A DNA stretch of 64,000 nucleotides from Candidatus Palauibacter poriticola (GCA_012270965.1 JAAXHJ010000066.1:29183-93182); one strand, 5' to 3'. Counted from the stretch's first letter, positions 1 through 9,941 are shown. Notes: a model not told the origin generated them from the letters alone. Translations and numbers: made by a program.

Positions 1-102
1 GTAGCCCCGGTAGACGAGGATGCCCTTGAGTCCGTCGATGAAGCTGAGTGAGGTCTGCGAGGCGACGACGCCTTCCAATCCCTTTCCGGCGGCGGCGGTC
101 AT
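1..102 (-). CDS. citrate synthase, N-terminal fragment (gene continues beyond the left edge)
   Basis: Minus-strand ATG at 102..100 translates to MTAAAGKGLEGVVASQTSLSFIDGLKGILVYRGY, matching the conserved citrate synthase N-terminus (GLEGV..S.IDG..G.L.YRGY). Confidence 0.5.
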   Translation of the reverse strand, partial: MTAAAGKGLEGVVASQTSLSFIDGLKGILVYRGY

Positions 103-190
103 TCTGTCACGAGCCCTTTCGGTATGGCGCGGAGGTTTTCCACGCGGACGGTCGGCAGCCCGTTGAGAAAACCCTGGCGCGATCGAGCCG

Positions 191-244
191 CGATGCGGGT
201 TCTTGCCGCGATGCGGGTTCTTGCCACGATGCGGGGTCTTGCCA
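191..244. repeat. 3 x 18-bp tandem direct repeat (cgatgcgggttcttgcc[g/a])
   Basis: Read directly: 191-208, 209-226 and 227-244 are near-identical units immediately 3' of the 252..536 gene stop. Confidence 0.8.
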
Positions 245-251
245 CGGACTG

Positions 252-536
252 CTAGCGGATAGCGGGATCGAGTTTCGCCTTCTTGAAGTGCTTCTTGAGA
301 TCTTCGAGACTGAGCTGCTCGAACGAACCCTGCGGGAGCCGAAGCCGCCGCTGGGTCTGGTACGGGTCGGAGAAACAGACGAACACGACCGCCTCGAAGT
401 CGTCCGGCGGAGCCTTCTCGTTCGGGTCCGGCCAGAAGACCTCGCGCGAGGCGAGCCATGCTTTCCACCGGCGTCCGTCGTCATCCTGGAAGGTCTTTGT
501 CATCTCCACCTCTGGCGGCCGGGACGCTCGGCTCAC
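252..536 (-). CDS. hypothetical small protein (alternative ATG at 503 has GAGGTGGAG just upstream)
   Basis: ORF with ordinary composition and a Lys-rich C-terminus (DLKKHFKKAKLDP); GC3-biased; no recognisable motif. Confidence 0.45.
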   Translation of the reverse strand: MSRASRPPEVEMTKTFQDDDGRRWKAWLASREVFWPDPNEKAPPDDFEAVVFVCFSDPYQTQRRLRLPQGSFEQLSLEDLKKHFKKAKLDPAIR

Positions 537-662
537 GAATGGGCAACGGGACGTTTCCGGCCTGGATACGCGTTTGCCGCAGCCGTGAAAGATAGCGTGC
601 GATCACAAGATCGGGAAGAAGGTTCGCGGCTCGGCGGGACCGGCGAATGCAGGCTGATTCGG

Positions 663-800
663 TCAGCCCGGCGGGACCTCCCGGTCCGGCGCATCGGGCG
701 CGGGGAGCCGGCATGCGAACGCGAAACCGCCGCCCATGAGAAGGCCCACGAGCAGTGCGAGCAGTATCGTCACGAGGACGTAGTACAGTGTGATGGTCAT
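663..800 (-). CDS. possible 45-aa single-pass membrane peptide
   Basis: ATG 800..798 gives MTITLYYVLVTILLALLVGLLMGGGFAFACRLPAPDAPDREVPPG with one clear TM helix; no obvious SD. Confidence 0.2.
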   Translation of the reverse strand: MTITLYYVLVTILLALLVGLLMGGGFAFACRLPAPDAPDREVPPG

Positions 801-920
801 GGGGAAGAATGTCGGATCCGACGGCGGATGTCCAGCGCTTGGCGGCTCGTGGCGAACAGTTCATGGCCGCCGGATCGGCCACGCCGCAGCGCTAAAACCC
901 TTGGAGAGTTCCACAGAAGA

Positions 921-960
921 GCCCCGCGTCCCGGCGCTCGAAGGCGGCGGGGCTTTGCTT
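921..960. terminator. candidate bidirectional intrinsic terminator downstream of plsC
   Basis: GC hairpin GCCCCGC-N19-GCGGGGC at 921-953 followed by TTTGCTT; on the minus strand the same hairpin follows the plsC stop at 968. Confidence 0.3.
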
Positions 961-967
961 CGGGCTG

Positions 968-1747
968 TTACGGGCGTCGGCGGTGCGGGCGGCGCCGGTG
1001 CAGGCGGCGGATAATGCGTTGCTGGAAGGCGATCCGTTCCATCACCCGATCGACGATCCGCTGGGCGCTCCTTCGCGAACGGCCATCGGAGACCAGGTCG
1101 TCGTACCGCACGGGCCGGCCCACGTAGATGGAAACGCGCTGTCCGATCCGCGGCAGGCGGGCACCGATCGGAAGGACGCGATCAAGTCCCTCGAGCGTGA
1201 CCGGGACCACCTGTGGGTGGTTTCGGAGGATGACCATGCCCGCGCCGGCCCGCCCGCGTCCGACCTGCCCATTTCGCGAGCGCGTACCCTCCGGAAAGAG
1301 CGTAAGCGTCCCCGCTTGAAGCACGCTTGCCGAGCGAATCATCGCCCTCAGGTCGCGGCGGCCGCGCCGCACCGGAATGCACTTGAACTGGTGGAACACC
1401 CAGGCAAGGAACGGGTTTCTGAAGAAGTTCTCCGCCGCGGCCGCGTTCCACGGCCCGAGGTGGGGCCGGAACATCTTCTCGGGAAAGAACAGGTAGTAGG
1501 CGATCGGAAACGAGTCGATCATCGATTGGTGATTCGAGAGGACGAGCGTGTTCGCGAGGTGCGGGATTCGCCGGCGCCCGTACACCCGCGTTCGATTGAG
1601 GAGGCCGAAGAGAAGGAAGACGCAGGGCGGAGCGATGAAGTTCGTGATGATCCAGCGGGTGACCGGCGTCAGCCACCGAGTGATGGGGCCAGGGGCCCAC
1701 TCCGGAGGCGATGCGCTCGCCCGCTTCGGGTTCTCGCGATCCATCAT
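968..1747 (-). CDS. plsC: 1-acyl-sn-glycerol-3-phosphate acyltransferase
   Basis: Acyltransferase motifs NHQSMID (HX4D) and FPEGTRS with an N-terminal hydrophobic anchor. Confidence 0.85.
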   Translation of the reverse strand: MMDRENPKRASASPPEWAPGPITRWLTPVTRWIITNFIAPPCVFLLFGLLNRTRVYGRRRIPHLANTLVLSNHQSMIDSFPIAYYLFFPEKMFRPHLGPWNAAAAENFFRNPFLAWVFHQFKCIPVRRGRRDLRAMIRSASVLQAGTLTLFPEGTRSRNGQVGRGRAGAGMVILRNHPQVVPVTLEGLDRVLPIGARLPRIGQRVSIYVGRPVRYDDLVSDGRSRRSAQRIVDRVMERIAFQQRIIRRLHRRRPHRRRP

Positions 1748-1843
1748 CGCCTGAGAGTAGGTTGCCGCGGAACCAGCGGGAAGGCCGGGCAGTCGAGACT
1801 GTCGGCGAACCGCGATGATCGGGAGTCAGCGCGCGTGCGAGTG

Positions 1844-3079
1844 ATGGATCTTGCCATCATCGGAGCAGGGCCGGTCGGGCTCGAGGCCGCGGCCCGCGCG
1901 TCCCGGGCGGGACTCGCGACGGTCTTATTCGACGCGGGGGCGGTGGCGGACCATGTCCGTGCCTGGGGCTGGCTGCGGCTCTTCTCCCCCTTCGAGTGGA
2001 ACGCGGGACCGGCCGGGCTGGAGGTGGTGCGCGGCCAGGGGGGCGAAGTGCCGGCGGCGGCGACGCTGCTCACGGGCGCGGAGTTGCGGCGACGCTATCT
2101 GCTTCCCCTGGCCGCGGCCCTGCGGCCGAGCGTGGAGGTCCGTGAGGGCGCGCGCGTGCGGGACGTCGCCCGGGCGGACCGGCTGAAGGGCGAGGCGCTC
2201 GGCGACGCCGCCCGGGCCGACCAGCCCTTCCGGCTGCTCGTGGAGGAGAGCGGGGCCGAGGCCGAAGTGTTCGCCCGGGCCGTGTTCGACTGCTCGGGGA
2301 CCTACGGGCGGCCCAACTGGGCGGGCCCGGGCGGCACGCCCGCCATCGGCGAGCGGTCCGCGCGACGCGCGATCGAATACCGCATCCCGGATGCGCTCGG
2401 TGCCCAGCGCGGACGCTACGCCGCGCGACGCACGCTCCTGCTCGGAAACGGACACTCCGCCGCCACGACCGCCTGCGCCCTCGGGTCGCTGGCCCGGGCT
2501 GTGCCGGGGACGCGGTTCACCTGGGCTAGCCGCGAAGCGCACGGCGTCCCGCTGCGGGCGATCCCGGATGATCCGCTCCCCGAGCGCGTGAAGCTCACGC
2601 GCCGCGCCAACGCGATCGCCGCCGAACCGCCCCCCGGTTGCGAATGGCTGTCCCGGAGCCGGCTGCTTGCGGTCGCGCAGGTCGACTCGCGGGGGCTCGA
2701 GGTCGATTTGGAGGTTGGCGGGAAGGTTCGGTGCGACCGCTTCGACCGAATCGTGGCGAACGTCGGCTACGAGCCGGACGACCGCCCGTATCGCCAGCTC
2801 CAGGTGCACGCCTGCTACGCGTCTCTCGGCCCGATGGGGGTCTCCGCCGCGCTCCTCGCCGCTCAGGGCCCGCAGGGCGGCGCGCCGGCGGACTGCCTCA
2901 TCGGCCAAGGCGCGCTCGGGCCCGAGACGTTGCGCAACCCCGAACCCGATTTCTTCATCCTCGGTGCCAAGAGCTTCGGCAAGAACTCCGCCTTCCTCAT
3001 GCGGACGGGGTACGAGCAGGTCGCCGACGCCTTCGCTCTTCTCGGGCGGAACACGGCGCGCACGGCGGAGGCACGGTGA
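1844..3079 (+). CDS. FAD/NAD(P)-binding oxidoreductase (flavin monooxygenase-like)
   Basis: Start MDLAIIGAGPVGLEAA (GxGxxG Rossmann); a second dinucleotide-binding motif LLLGNGHSA; the longer ORF from 983 is antisense to plsC. Confidence 0.8.
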   Translation: MDLAIIGAGPVGLEAAARASRAGLATVLFDAGAVADHVRAWGWLRLFSPFEWNAGPAGLEVVRGQGGEVPAAATLLTGAELRRRYLLPLAAALRPSVEVREGARVRDVARADRLKGEALGDAARADQPFRLLVEESGAEAEVFARAVFDCSGTYGRPNWAGPGGTPAIGERSARRAIEYRIPDALGAQRGRYAARRTLLLGNGHSAATTACALGSLARAVPGTRFTWASREAHGVPLRAIPDDPLPERVKLTRRANAIAAEPPPGCEWLSRSRLLAVAQVDSRGLEVDLEVGGKVRCDRFDRIVANVGYEPDDRPYRQLQVHACYASLGPMGVSAALLAAQGPQGGAPADCLIGQGALGPETLRNPEPDFFILGAKSFGKNSAFLMRTGYEQVADAFALLGRNTARTAEAR

Positions 3080-3128
3080 GCCGGCCCCGGGGCACGCTGA
3101 CCTGGCGGGCCGTGGCGGGCCGCGGGGC

Positions 3129-4853
3129 TCACATGCGCTTGTAGGCCGGGCCGCTGCCGCCTTCCCGCGGCGTCCAGCGAGGACCCAGAACGTCCGTCGC
3201 CTTGCAGTCGATGCAGTTTGGCGCATTCACGACCAAGCGGTCGCCGTCGCGCTCGTACACGCCCGCCGGACAGAGGTGGGCGTACAGCTCCGCCATCTCC
3301 GGCGAAACCTGGCCGCCGCCTCGGCCAGCCCCTCCAGCCTCCGTGCCCGCCCCCGCACCCGGCAGGAGGTGCGAGGGGATGTCGTCGCGGGTCGCGTTTC
3401 CTGAGCGGAAGACCGCATCCACCTTGGTGACGGCGTGTTCGGAGTCATACGCGGACTCGAGCCCCAGCCGCTTGCGGCGGGGGCCCGCCGCGTCGGGCTC
3501 GCTCGGGGTCCGGGCACCGGGAAACGTCCCGCCCGTGGCCTGCATGACCCCCGCCTTGAGACCTCCCGAGAAGAAGCCCGACTTGAAGGCGAGCCGCTGG
3601 TTCCGGTTGCGGTATAGCGGATCCTGGATGAGGCTCTCCCTCAGCGCCGCGTCGTAGGACGCGAGCCGGGCCGCCGGGACGGCGTCCCCCGCCCCGTTCG
3701 CCCCCTCGCCCCCGTCCGAGAGAGCCCGGCCGATGGCGTCCGCCGCGAGGATTCCCGACCGCATCGCGTAGTGGATGCCCTTGAGGGAGGCGACGTCGAC
3801 GAGGCCCGCCGCGTCCCCCGCGATGAGCAGGCCGTCCCCGCTGAGCCGGTCCGGGATGGCGTGGTATCCACCTTCCGGAATCGTCTTCGCTCCCCACTCC
3901 ACGAGTTCGCCCCCGTCGAGGATCCCGCTCACGAACGGATGCTGCTTGAAGCGCTGCAGCAGTGCGTGCACGTCGAGGTCGACGTAGGGCGCGTCGAGAC
4001 CCACGACGAGACCCAGGGAGAGGAGATTCCCACCCATGGGATAGATGAAGCTGCCCCCGAACGCATCCCGCGGAAGCGGCCAGCCCATCGCATGCGTGAC
4101 CGCGTCGGGCGGGTGCGGCACCTCCCACAGTTCCTTGACGCCGAGCGCGAAGATCTGCGGGTTCGCCGAGCCGACGCCCTCCCGCTCGAGCCAGGCCTGG
4201 CTCAGAGGCCCGCGAGTCCCTTCGGCAAGAACCGTGACCCTCGCGGAGAGGTCCATGGCCGGCATGTAGCCGCCCGCCGGATTCCCCTCCCGGTCGAGAC
4301 CGGCGGGCGTCGTGCGGACGCCGACGACCTGCCCGCCGCGCATGAGGAGCGCGTCCGCCGGGAACCCCGTGAACACGTTCACTCCCAGATCCTCCGCTCG
4401 CGCACCCAACCAGCGCACGATCTCGCAGATCGAGGCCACGTGGTGGCCGTGGTTCCGCATCGAGGGCGGGGTAGGGATCCGGATCCTGCCGCGCCGCGTG
4501 AGAAGGAGCACCCGGTCGCCCGCCACACGGCCCCGGAGGGGGAACTCCGCCTCATCGAGGTCCGGAAAGAGCGCGCGAAGGGCCTCCGGGTTCACGACCG
4601 CCCCTGAGAGGCAGTGCTCACCGATTTCGCCCGACTTCTCGAGGACGCCGATCTCGATGCCGGCGAGCGGCCCGCCCTCGGCGCGGTCGAGCGCCGCCAG
4701 TTGCGCCATCCGCATCGCTCCCGCCAGCCCGGCGGGGCCTCCGCCCACGAAGAGGACGTCCAGCGGCACCGCTTCCGGGTCGGGATCCTCTTCGACTATG
4801 AAGCGCGCCGCGGGCAGCGGTGGCTGCGCGGTGGCGGGAATAAGCGGTTTCAC
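3129..4853 (-). CDS. electron-transfer flavoprotein-ubiquinone oxidoreductase
   Basis: N-terminal FAD fold DVLFVGGGPAGLAGA; C-terminal 4Fe-4S segment AELYAHLCPAGVYE...NAPNCIDCKATD; GTG start at 4853 overlaps the upstream stop (GTGA). Confidence 0.85.
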   Translation of the reverse strand: MKPLIPATAQPPLPAARFIVEEDPDPEAVPLDVLFVGGGPAGLAGAMRMAQLAALDRAEGGPLAGIEIGVLEKSGEIGEHCLSGAVVNPEALRALFPDLDEAEFPLRGRVAGDRVLLLTRRGRIRIPTPPSMRNHGHHVASICEIVRWLGARAEDLGVNVFTGFPADALLMRGGQVVGVRTTPAGLDREGNPAGGYMPAMDLSARVTVLAEGTRGPLSQAWLEREGVGSANPQIFALGVKELWEVPHPPDAVTHAMGWPLPRDAFGGSFIYPMGGNLLSLGLVVGLDAPYVDLDVHALLQRFKQHPFVSGILDGGELVEWGAKTIPEGGYHAIPDRLSGDGLLIAGDAAGLVDVASLKGIHYAMRSGILAADAIGRALSDGGEGANGAGDAVPAARLASYDAALRESLIQDPLYRNRNQRLAFKSGFFSGGLKAGVMQATGGTFPGARTPSEPDAAGPRRKRLGLESAYDSEHAVTKVDAVFRSGNATRDDIPSHLLPGAGAGTEAGGAGRGGGQVSPEMAELYAHLCPAGVYERDGDRLVVNAPNCIDCKATDVLGPRWTPREGGSGPAYKRM

Positions 4854-6046
4854 CGCGGCGGCCCTCCAGATCTCGGGTTCCTCCCCCGCGGCGGCCCGAC
4901 AACGCCCGCCTCGCCGAGCAGCCGCAGCGTGGGTTCGAGCGGGAGCGCTTCGACCGTCCGTCCCCGGTGTCCCGTGACGGACGTTGCCTTGAACAGGGAG
5001 TTGATGACGGCCTCGTCCGTCGCCTCGACCACCGCTTCGAAGACGCGGGACAACGAGCCGCCGCCCCGGACGGGAACCCCCTCGCCGGTCGAAAGGGCGA
5101 TCGCGTAGTCGCCGGAACCGTGCGACATGTACGACCCCGTGCGGGCGATCCCCATAAAGGCGCGGTCCGCCACCCGGTCGAGTTCGCGGTGGGCCAGCGG
5201 CAGGTCCGTCGCGATCACGATCATCACGGAGCCGCCGCCATCGCCCTGGCCACGCCCGCCGCGCAGACCGGCCGCGGCGAGCTGCTCTCCCACGCGTACG
5301 CCGTCGATCCTCAGCGAGCCCCCGAAGTTGCTCTGCACGAGCACGCCGACGTTCACGATCCGCCCGCCGATCTCGAACCGCCGCGACGAGGTCCCGATGC
5401 CGCCCTTCCAGCCGAAGGCGATCGTCCCCGTCCCGGCCCCGACCGCCCCCTCCTCCACCGGGCCGCCCGCCGCCGTCCGCAGCGCCTCGCGCACGTGCTC
5501 TGGCCGGATCGGGCGGACGCGGATGTCGCTCAGATACCCGTCGTTCGTCTCGCCGACGACCGGATTCATCGAGCGCACATCGCGGTTCGCCGGGAGCGAC
5601 AAGAGCGTATCGAGGAGCGCATCCGCCGCGCGGAACACGCTCAGTGTCCCGGTGAGGAGGATCGGCGTCTCGAGTTCGCCGAGTTCGTTGACCTGGCTCA
5701 GTCCCACCAGCTTCCCGAACCCGTTCCCGACCGCGATCGCCGCCCGCACCCGCCGCTCGAAGACGTTGTCCCCGTGCGGGAGAATGGCCGTGACCCCCGT
5801 CCGGATCGAGTCGCCCACCCACACCGTGCGGTGGCCCACCCGCACGCCGGGCACGTCCGTGATCGCATTGTGCGGCCCCGGCGGCAGACGCCCGATGAGG
5901 ACGCCCGCCTCTCGCGCGCGCGACCGTTCTCCGTCGCCCGGCCGCGCCTCCTGGCCCGGCGCCTCCCCAGGCGGCAACACCGCTATCGCCGCGAGAACGA
6001 GCGCCGCCCGCGACCCCGCCCGGCTCGCCGCCCGGCTAATCTCCAC
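4850..6046 (-). CDS. S58/DmpA-family aminopeptidase with a signal peptide
   Basis: DmpA-type segment NAITDVPGVRVGHRT and GS-rich autoprocessing region; likely GTG start at 6046 (VEISRAASRAGSRAALVLAAIAVLP), since the first M at 6190 overlaps the cyclophilin gene. Confidence 0.75.
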   Translation of the reverse strand: MEISRAASRAGSRAALVLAAIAVLPPGEAPGQEARPGDGERSRAREAGVLIGRLPPGPHNAITDVPGVRVGHRTVWVGDSIRTGVTAILPHGDNVFERRVRAAIAVGNGFGKLVGLSQVNELGELETPILLTGTLSVFRAADALLDTLLSLPANRDVRSMNPVVGETNDGYLSDIRVRPIRPEHVREALRTAAGGPVEEGAVGAGTGTIAFGWKGGIGTSSRRFEIGGRIVNVGVLVQSNFGGSLRIDGVRVGEQLAAAGLRGGRGQGDGGGSVMIVIATDLPLAHRELDRVADRAFMGIARTGSYMSHGSGDYAIALSTGEGVPVRGGGSLSRVFEAVVEATDEAVINSLFKATSVTGHRGRTVEALPLEPTLRLLGEAGVVGPPRGRNPRSGGPPR

Positions 6047-6755
6047 CGCTGATCGTCGCCCGCTCGATGTAGTCCAGTGCGGCGAACTCCGCCTCCAGAT
6101 AGGCGTTCCCCTCCTCCTGGATGCGCCCCTGGCTTGGCCCGCTCCCGTCCGGCGCCCCTTCGCCGTATTCGGCATACAGCGCGTCCACAACCTCCATGCC
6201 TTCGACGACCTCGCCGATGGCCGCGAACCCCATCCCGTCCAGACGCGAGTTGTCGCCGAAGTTGATGAAGAGCTGCGTACTCCGGCTGTTCGGCATCGCC
6301 GTCTGCGCGAAGCTCACCCGCCCGCGCGTGTTTCCCATCACGACCGGATCGTCCTGGATGTTCGCCTCCCGCCAAGCGCTCTGGATCTCCGGGTCTCCGT
6401 TGATCCCGAACTGCGCCATGAAACCGGCGATCACGCGGAAGAACCTCACGTCGTCGAAGAACCCGTTCTCCACCAAGTTGTAGAAGCGGTCCACGCCGTT
6501 GGGAGCCCACTCGCGGTGCGCCTCCACCACGAACGTTCCCTTCGACGTCTCGAAGCGCGCCTGAAACGTCTCCGGAGCCGTCATGTTCACCCCTGCCGAT
6601 ACCAGGTCCCCAAGGAATGCGCTCGGTCCTCCGCCCCCTTCATCCACCTCACCCACCTCACCCTCCTCACCCACGCAGCCCGCCCCGGCCATCAGACACC
6701 CGAGGAGCAGCCAACCCAGCCCCGAACCGGACTTGGACAGACGCGACCGTGCCAT
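6036..6755 (-). CDS. cyclophilin-type peptidyl-prolyl isomerase, lipoprotein
   Basis: Lipobox LLGCLMAGAGC; cyclophilin motifs FFRVIAGFMAQFG and NTRGRVSFAQT. Confidence 0.85.
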   Translation of the reverse strand: MARSRLSKSGSGLGWLLLGCLMAGAGCVGEEGEVGEVDEGGGGPSAFLGDLVSAGVNMTAPETFQARFETSKGTFVVEAHREWAPNGVDRFYNLVENGFFDDVRFFRVIAGFMAQFGINGDPEIQSAWREANIQDDPVVMGNTRGRVSFAQTAMPNSRSTQLFINFGDNSRLDGMGFAAIGEVVEGMEVVDALYAEYGEGAPDGSGPSQGRIQEEGNAYLEAEFAALDYIERATISGGD

Positions 6756-6836
6756 CTCGACCCCCGTCAGCTTTCATGTTTCGTGTTTCCCGCGCTCACC
6801 ACGCACCGTCGCCACGCTCTGCCGGCGGGCGTGCCG

Positions 6837-9800
6837 TCAGATACGGCGTGCCACGATGTAACGATATGCCACCGGAATCGCGACAAGTACGAACAGCGTG
6901 CTCGAGATCAGCCCGCCGATCGTGGCCAGCGCGAGCGCGTTCCAGATGTTCTCATCCTGGGAGGGGGCGAAGAGGACGAGAGGCAGGAGTCCGAACACCG
7001 TCGTCAACGTCGTCATGAGGATGGGACGCACCCGCTCCAGCGTCCCCTGTACGATGGCCGCGCCCGTCGGCATCCGTTTGCGCACTTCGCCGATGTGGTA
7101 GACCACAAGGATGGCGTTGTTCACCACGATGCCGCCCATCATGATCGTGCCGATGAACGCGGTGCGGGTGAAGGTGGCGTCGGTGTAGAAGAAGATGAGG
7201 AAGACGCCGATCAGGGCGAAGGGCAGCGAGAAGAGCACCACGAACGGCGCCACGAGCGACTCGAACAGACCGGCGGTCACCATGTAGATGAGAAGGATGG
7301 AGAAGGCGAGGACGACCCACATCTGCGTCGTCTCCTCCGTCGTCCAGCCCCCGAAGCGCGACTTCTCGATCCTGTATCCCGGCGGGAGTTCCATCGCGTC
7401 CACCACCGCGTCGCGGACGACATCGCCGAACCTCACCGGGCCCCGAAACTCCCAGGCCACCGTCCTCTCGTACTGCTGGTCTTCGCGCCGGATGCTGGCC
7501 AGCACCTGCCGGCGCCCCACCTCCGCGACGTTGGCGAGCCGGAGTTCCTCGCGGGGCGAGATCGGCACGCGCAGATCGCTCAGGTCGTGGAAGTCGAACT
7601 CGCGGTAGCCGTCCACCTTCACGGCGTAGCGCACCTCCTCACCGCCCACCCGGATTCGGCTCCCGGACGGACGCCCCTGGATGTTGCGGGACACGTAGTC
7701 GAGCAACTGCGAAACGGGGAGATTGTAGGACGCCAGCGCCTCCCGGTCCGGCTCCACGTAGTACTCGAACTCCTTGTCGCGCTGGTACCAACTGCCGCTC
7801 GCGTTCGGGTCCACCTCGCGGATCCGGGAGAATCGCTCCAGGCGCGACGCGATCTCCTCGGCGATCTCCTGCACCGTCAAGTAGCTGTACCCGAGCACCT
7901 TGAGGCTGTAGTTGGGTGGACTCGAGCCGCCGCCGTAAAAGCTGGGACCGAACCCCATCACGCGTACGTCGACGCCCGAGAACCCGTAGCTGTAGGCCGT
8001 CATCTGGTCCTTGATGGCCACCGGAATCGACGTGTGCTCGATCTCGTCCGGGAACTCCGCGCGCATGTAGGCGTAGTTGGGCTGAACCCGCGCGTCGAAG
8101 CGCTCCACTTCATCGATGGTGGCGAGCTTCGCCTCGAAGGAGCGCACGAGTTCGTCCGTGCGGTCCAACCCCGCGCCGCGCGGGAAGCTGATCGTGATCG
8201 TGATATAGCTGTCGCGTCCGCCGAATCCGCTCCAGTAACTCCCCGTGCTCACGTGTCGGTCGAACAGGATCCAGCTCCCGGCGAGGCTCCCCAGGCAGAC
8301 GAACGCGACGAGGACGGGGTGCCGAAGGGCGAACCCGAGGAGCGACCGGTAGCCCATGATGTAGAACGGTTCGGACCGCCGGGTCGGCGCTGACGCGGCT
8401 TCCCCCGTGGTCAAGGCCGAATCGACCACCGCTCCGGTGGAGTCCCGCATGCGGGCCACCCGCGAGGCGAGGGCCGGGACGAAGGTGAACGCGACGAAGA
8501 GGCTCGCGATGATCGAGAAGCCGACGGCGAAGGTGAGCGGCAGGTAGTAGACCCGCAGCTCTCCCTGTAGGAAGAGGAAGGGGACGAGCACGATCGCGGT
8601 CGTCAGCGTCGCGGCGAGAACGGGCAGGACGACTTGGCGCGCCCCTCGGCTCGCGGCATCCGATGGGCCGGCCCCCGCCCGGCGGTGACGCTCCACATTC
8701 TCGAGCACGACGATGCCGTTGTCGACGACGAGGCCGAACCCCCACGCGAGTCCCCACAGCGTGAGCAGGTTGAGCGAGAAACCCCCGATGTAGAGGAAGT
8801 TCACCGCCGTTAGCACGCTGAACCCGATCGTCGCGAACACGACGAGGACGGCGCCGAGCGACCGCAGGAAGAGCGTGAGCACGATGAAGATCACGATGGC
8901 GGCCGCGATGGCGCGGAGCCGAAGTTCCGTGAGCTGCTCGCGGATGTTCTCGCTCGTATCGCGCAGCAACTCGAGGCCCACGCCCGCCGGGAGCGTCGAG
9001 GCGAGTTGGGTCATCGCGGTCTTTACGTCGTCCGCGACCTGGATCACGTTCGTGCCCGACTGGCGGTACACGCCGATCGAGATCGTGGGCTGGGAGTTGA
9101 TGCGCCAAAGGAACATCGGGTCTTCCGTCTGGTCGCGCACCTGCCCCAGGTCGCCCACGCGCACGGGACCATCGGGCCGCGTGAGGACGATCATGTCCGC
9201 GATGTCGGCCACCTCGAGCGCCCGCGTGCGCACGGCGATGGCGTACTGCCTCCCGTCAAGTTCGACCGATCCCGGAGCCTTCGGCTCGGACAGCTCGACG
9301 ATCCGCCGGCTGATCTCCTCCGGCCGCAGCCCGAGCGCCTCCATGCGGCCGCGATCCAGCTCGACGGCGATCTCGCGGCGCTCGGCGCCCCAGACTTCCA
9401 CCGCGGACACGCCCGGCAGCCCCCGCACGAGAGGGGCGATCTCCTCCTCGGCGATCTCTCCCAAGCGCGCGAAGGTGTACGGGCCGGTGAGGGAGAAGCT
9501 GAGGAGCTGCTCCTCCTCCTCGGCGAATTCCTGCGGGACGTACTCGGAGAGGAGGGGCACCACCCCCTCGGGCAACTCGTCGCGGATCGAGTTGATCCGC
9601 TCGCCGAGCGCGAGGCGGGCGAACTCCATGCGCGTGTCGCGCTCGAATTCGACCTCGATGCGGGCGCTGGACCCCGTCCCGCGCTGATCGGCGGCGGACT
9701 CCGAGACGACCTTCTCCACGCCGCCGACCTGCTGGATGACGGTTTCGAGCGGCGCGGTCACGAACGCCTCGAGCGCCTCGGGCGAGGCACCGTTCCAAGT

Positions 9801-9941
9801 GGCGGTGACCGTGAGACGCGGGAACTCGACTTCGGGCAAATCCTCGACCGGAATGAGCCGGAAGCTCGTCACGCCCAGCGCGAAGAGGGCGACGTAGATC
9901 GCGGCGGTCGCCACCGGCCGGCGGATGGCCAGATCGATCAT
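6837..9941 (-). CDS. RND efflux transporter (HAE1/AcrB-like), permease subunit 2
   Basis: 1034 aa; N-terminus MIDLAIRRPVATAAIYVALFALGV... is the typical AcrB TM1 and porter start; 12-TM pattern. Confidence 0.9.
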   Translation of the reverse strand: MIDLAIRRPVATAAIYVALFALGVTSFRLIPVEDLPEVEFPRLTVTATWNGASPEALEAFVTAPLETVIQQVGGVEKVVSESAADQRGTGSSARIEVEFERDTRMEFARLALGERINSIRDELPEGVVPLLSEYVPQEFAEEEEQLLSFSLTGPYTFARLGEIAEEEIAPLVRGLPGVSAVEVWGAERREIAVELDRGRMEALGLRPEEISRRIVELSEPKAPGSVELDGRQYAIAVRTRALEVADIADMIVLTRPDGPVRVGDLGQVRDQTEDPMFLWRINSQPTISIGVYRQSGTNVIQVADDVKTAMTQLASTLPAGVGLELLRDTSENIREQLTELRLRAIAAAIVIFIVLTLFLRSLGAVLVVFATIGFSVLTAVNFLYIGGFSLNLLTLWGLAWGFGLVVDNGIVVLENVERHRRAGAGPSDAASRGARQVVLPVLAATLTTAIVLVPFLFLQGELRVYYLPLTFAVGFSIIASLFVAFTFVPALASRVARMRDSTGAVVDSALTTGEAASAPTRRSEPFYIMGYRSLLGFALRHPVLVAFVCLGSLAGSWILFDRHVSTGSYWSGFGGRDSYITITISFPRGAGLDRTDELVRSFEAKLATIDEVERFDARVQPNYAYMRAEFPDEIEHTSIPVAIKDQMTAYSYGFSGVDVRVMGFGPSFYGGGSSPPNYSLKVLGYSYLTVQEIAEEIASRLERFSRIREVDPNASGSWYQRDKEFEYYVEPDREALASYNLPVSQLLDYVSRNIQGRPSGSRIRVGGEEVRYAVKVDGYREFDFHDLSDLRVPISPREELRLANVAEVGRRQVLASIRREDQQYERTVAWEFRGPVRFGDVVRDAVVDAMELPPGYRIEKSRFGGWTTEETTQMWVVLAFSILLIYMVTAGLFESLVAPFVVLFSLPFALIGVFLIFFYTDATFTRTAFIGTIMMGGIVVNNAILVVYHIGEVRKRMPTGAAIVQGTLERVRPILMTTLTTVFGLLPLVLFAPSQDENIWNALALATIGGLISSTLFVLVAIPVAYRYIVARRI

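Noticed and set aside
983-3079. 698-aa plus-strand ORF
   Set aside because: Its N-terminal 287 codons are antisense to plsC and lack the GC3 pattern. The real gene starts at ATG 1844 (MDLAIIGAGPVGL).
3129-5822. 897-aa minus-strand ORF read as one protein
   Set aside because: It spans two genes. The upper half is a different reading frame overlapping DmpA, and ETF-QO begins at the GTG at 4853.
5127-8393. 1088-aa plus-strand ORF
   Set aside because: Antisense to the DmpA, cyclophilin and RND genes. Long stop-free runs like this are expected at ~70% GC. Composition is Arg/Pro/Ala-rich with no domain pattern.
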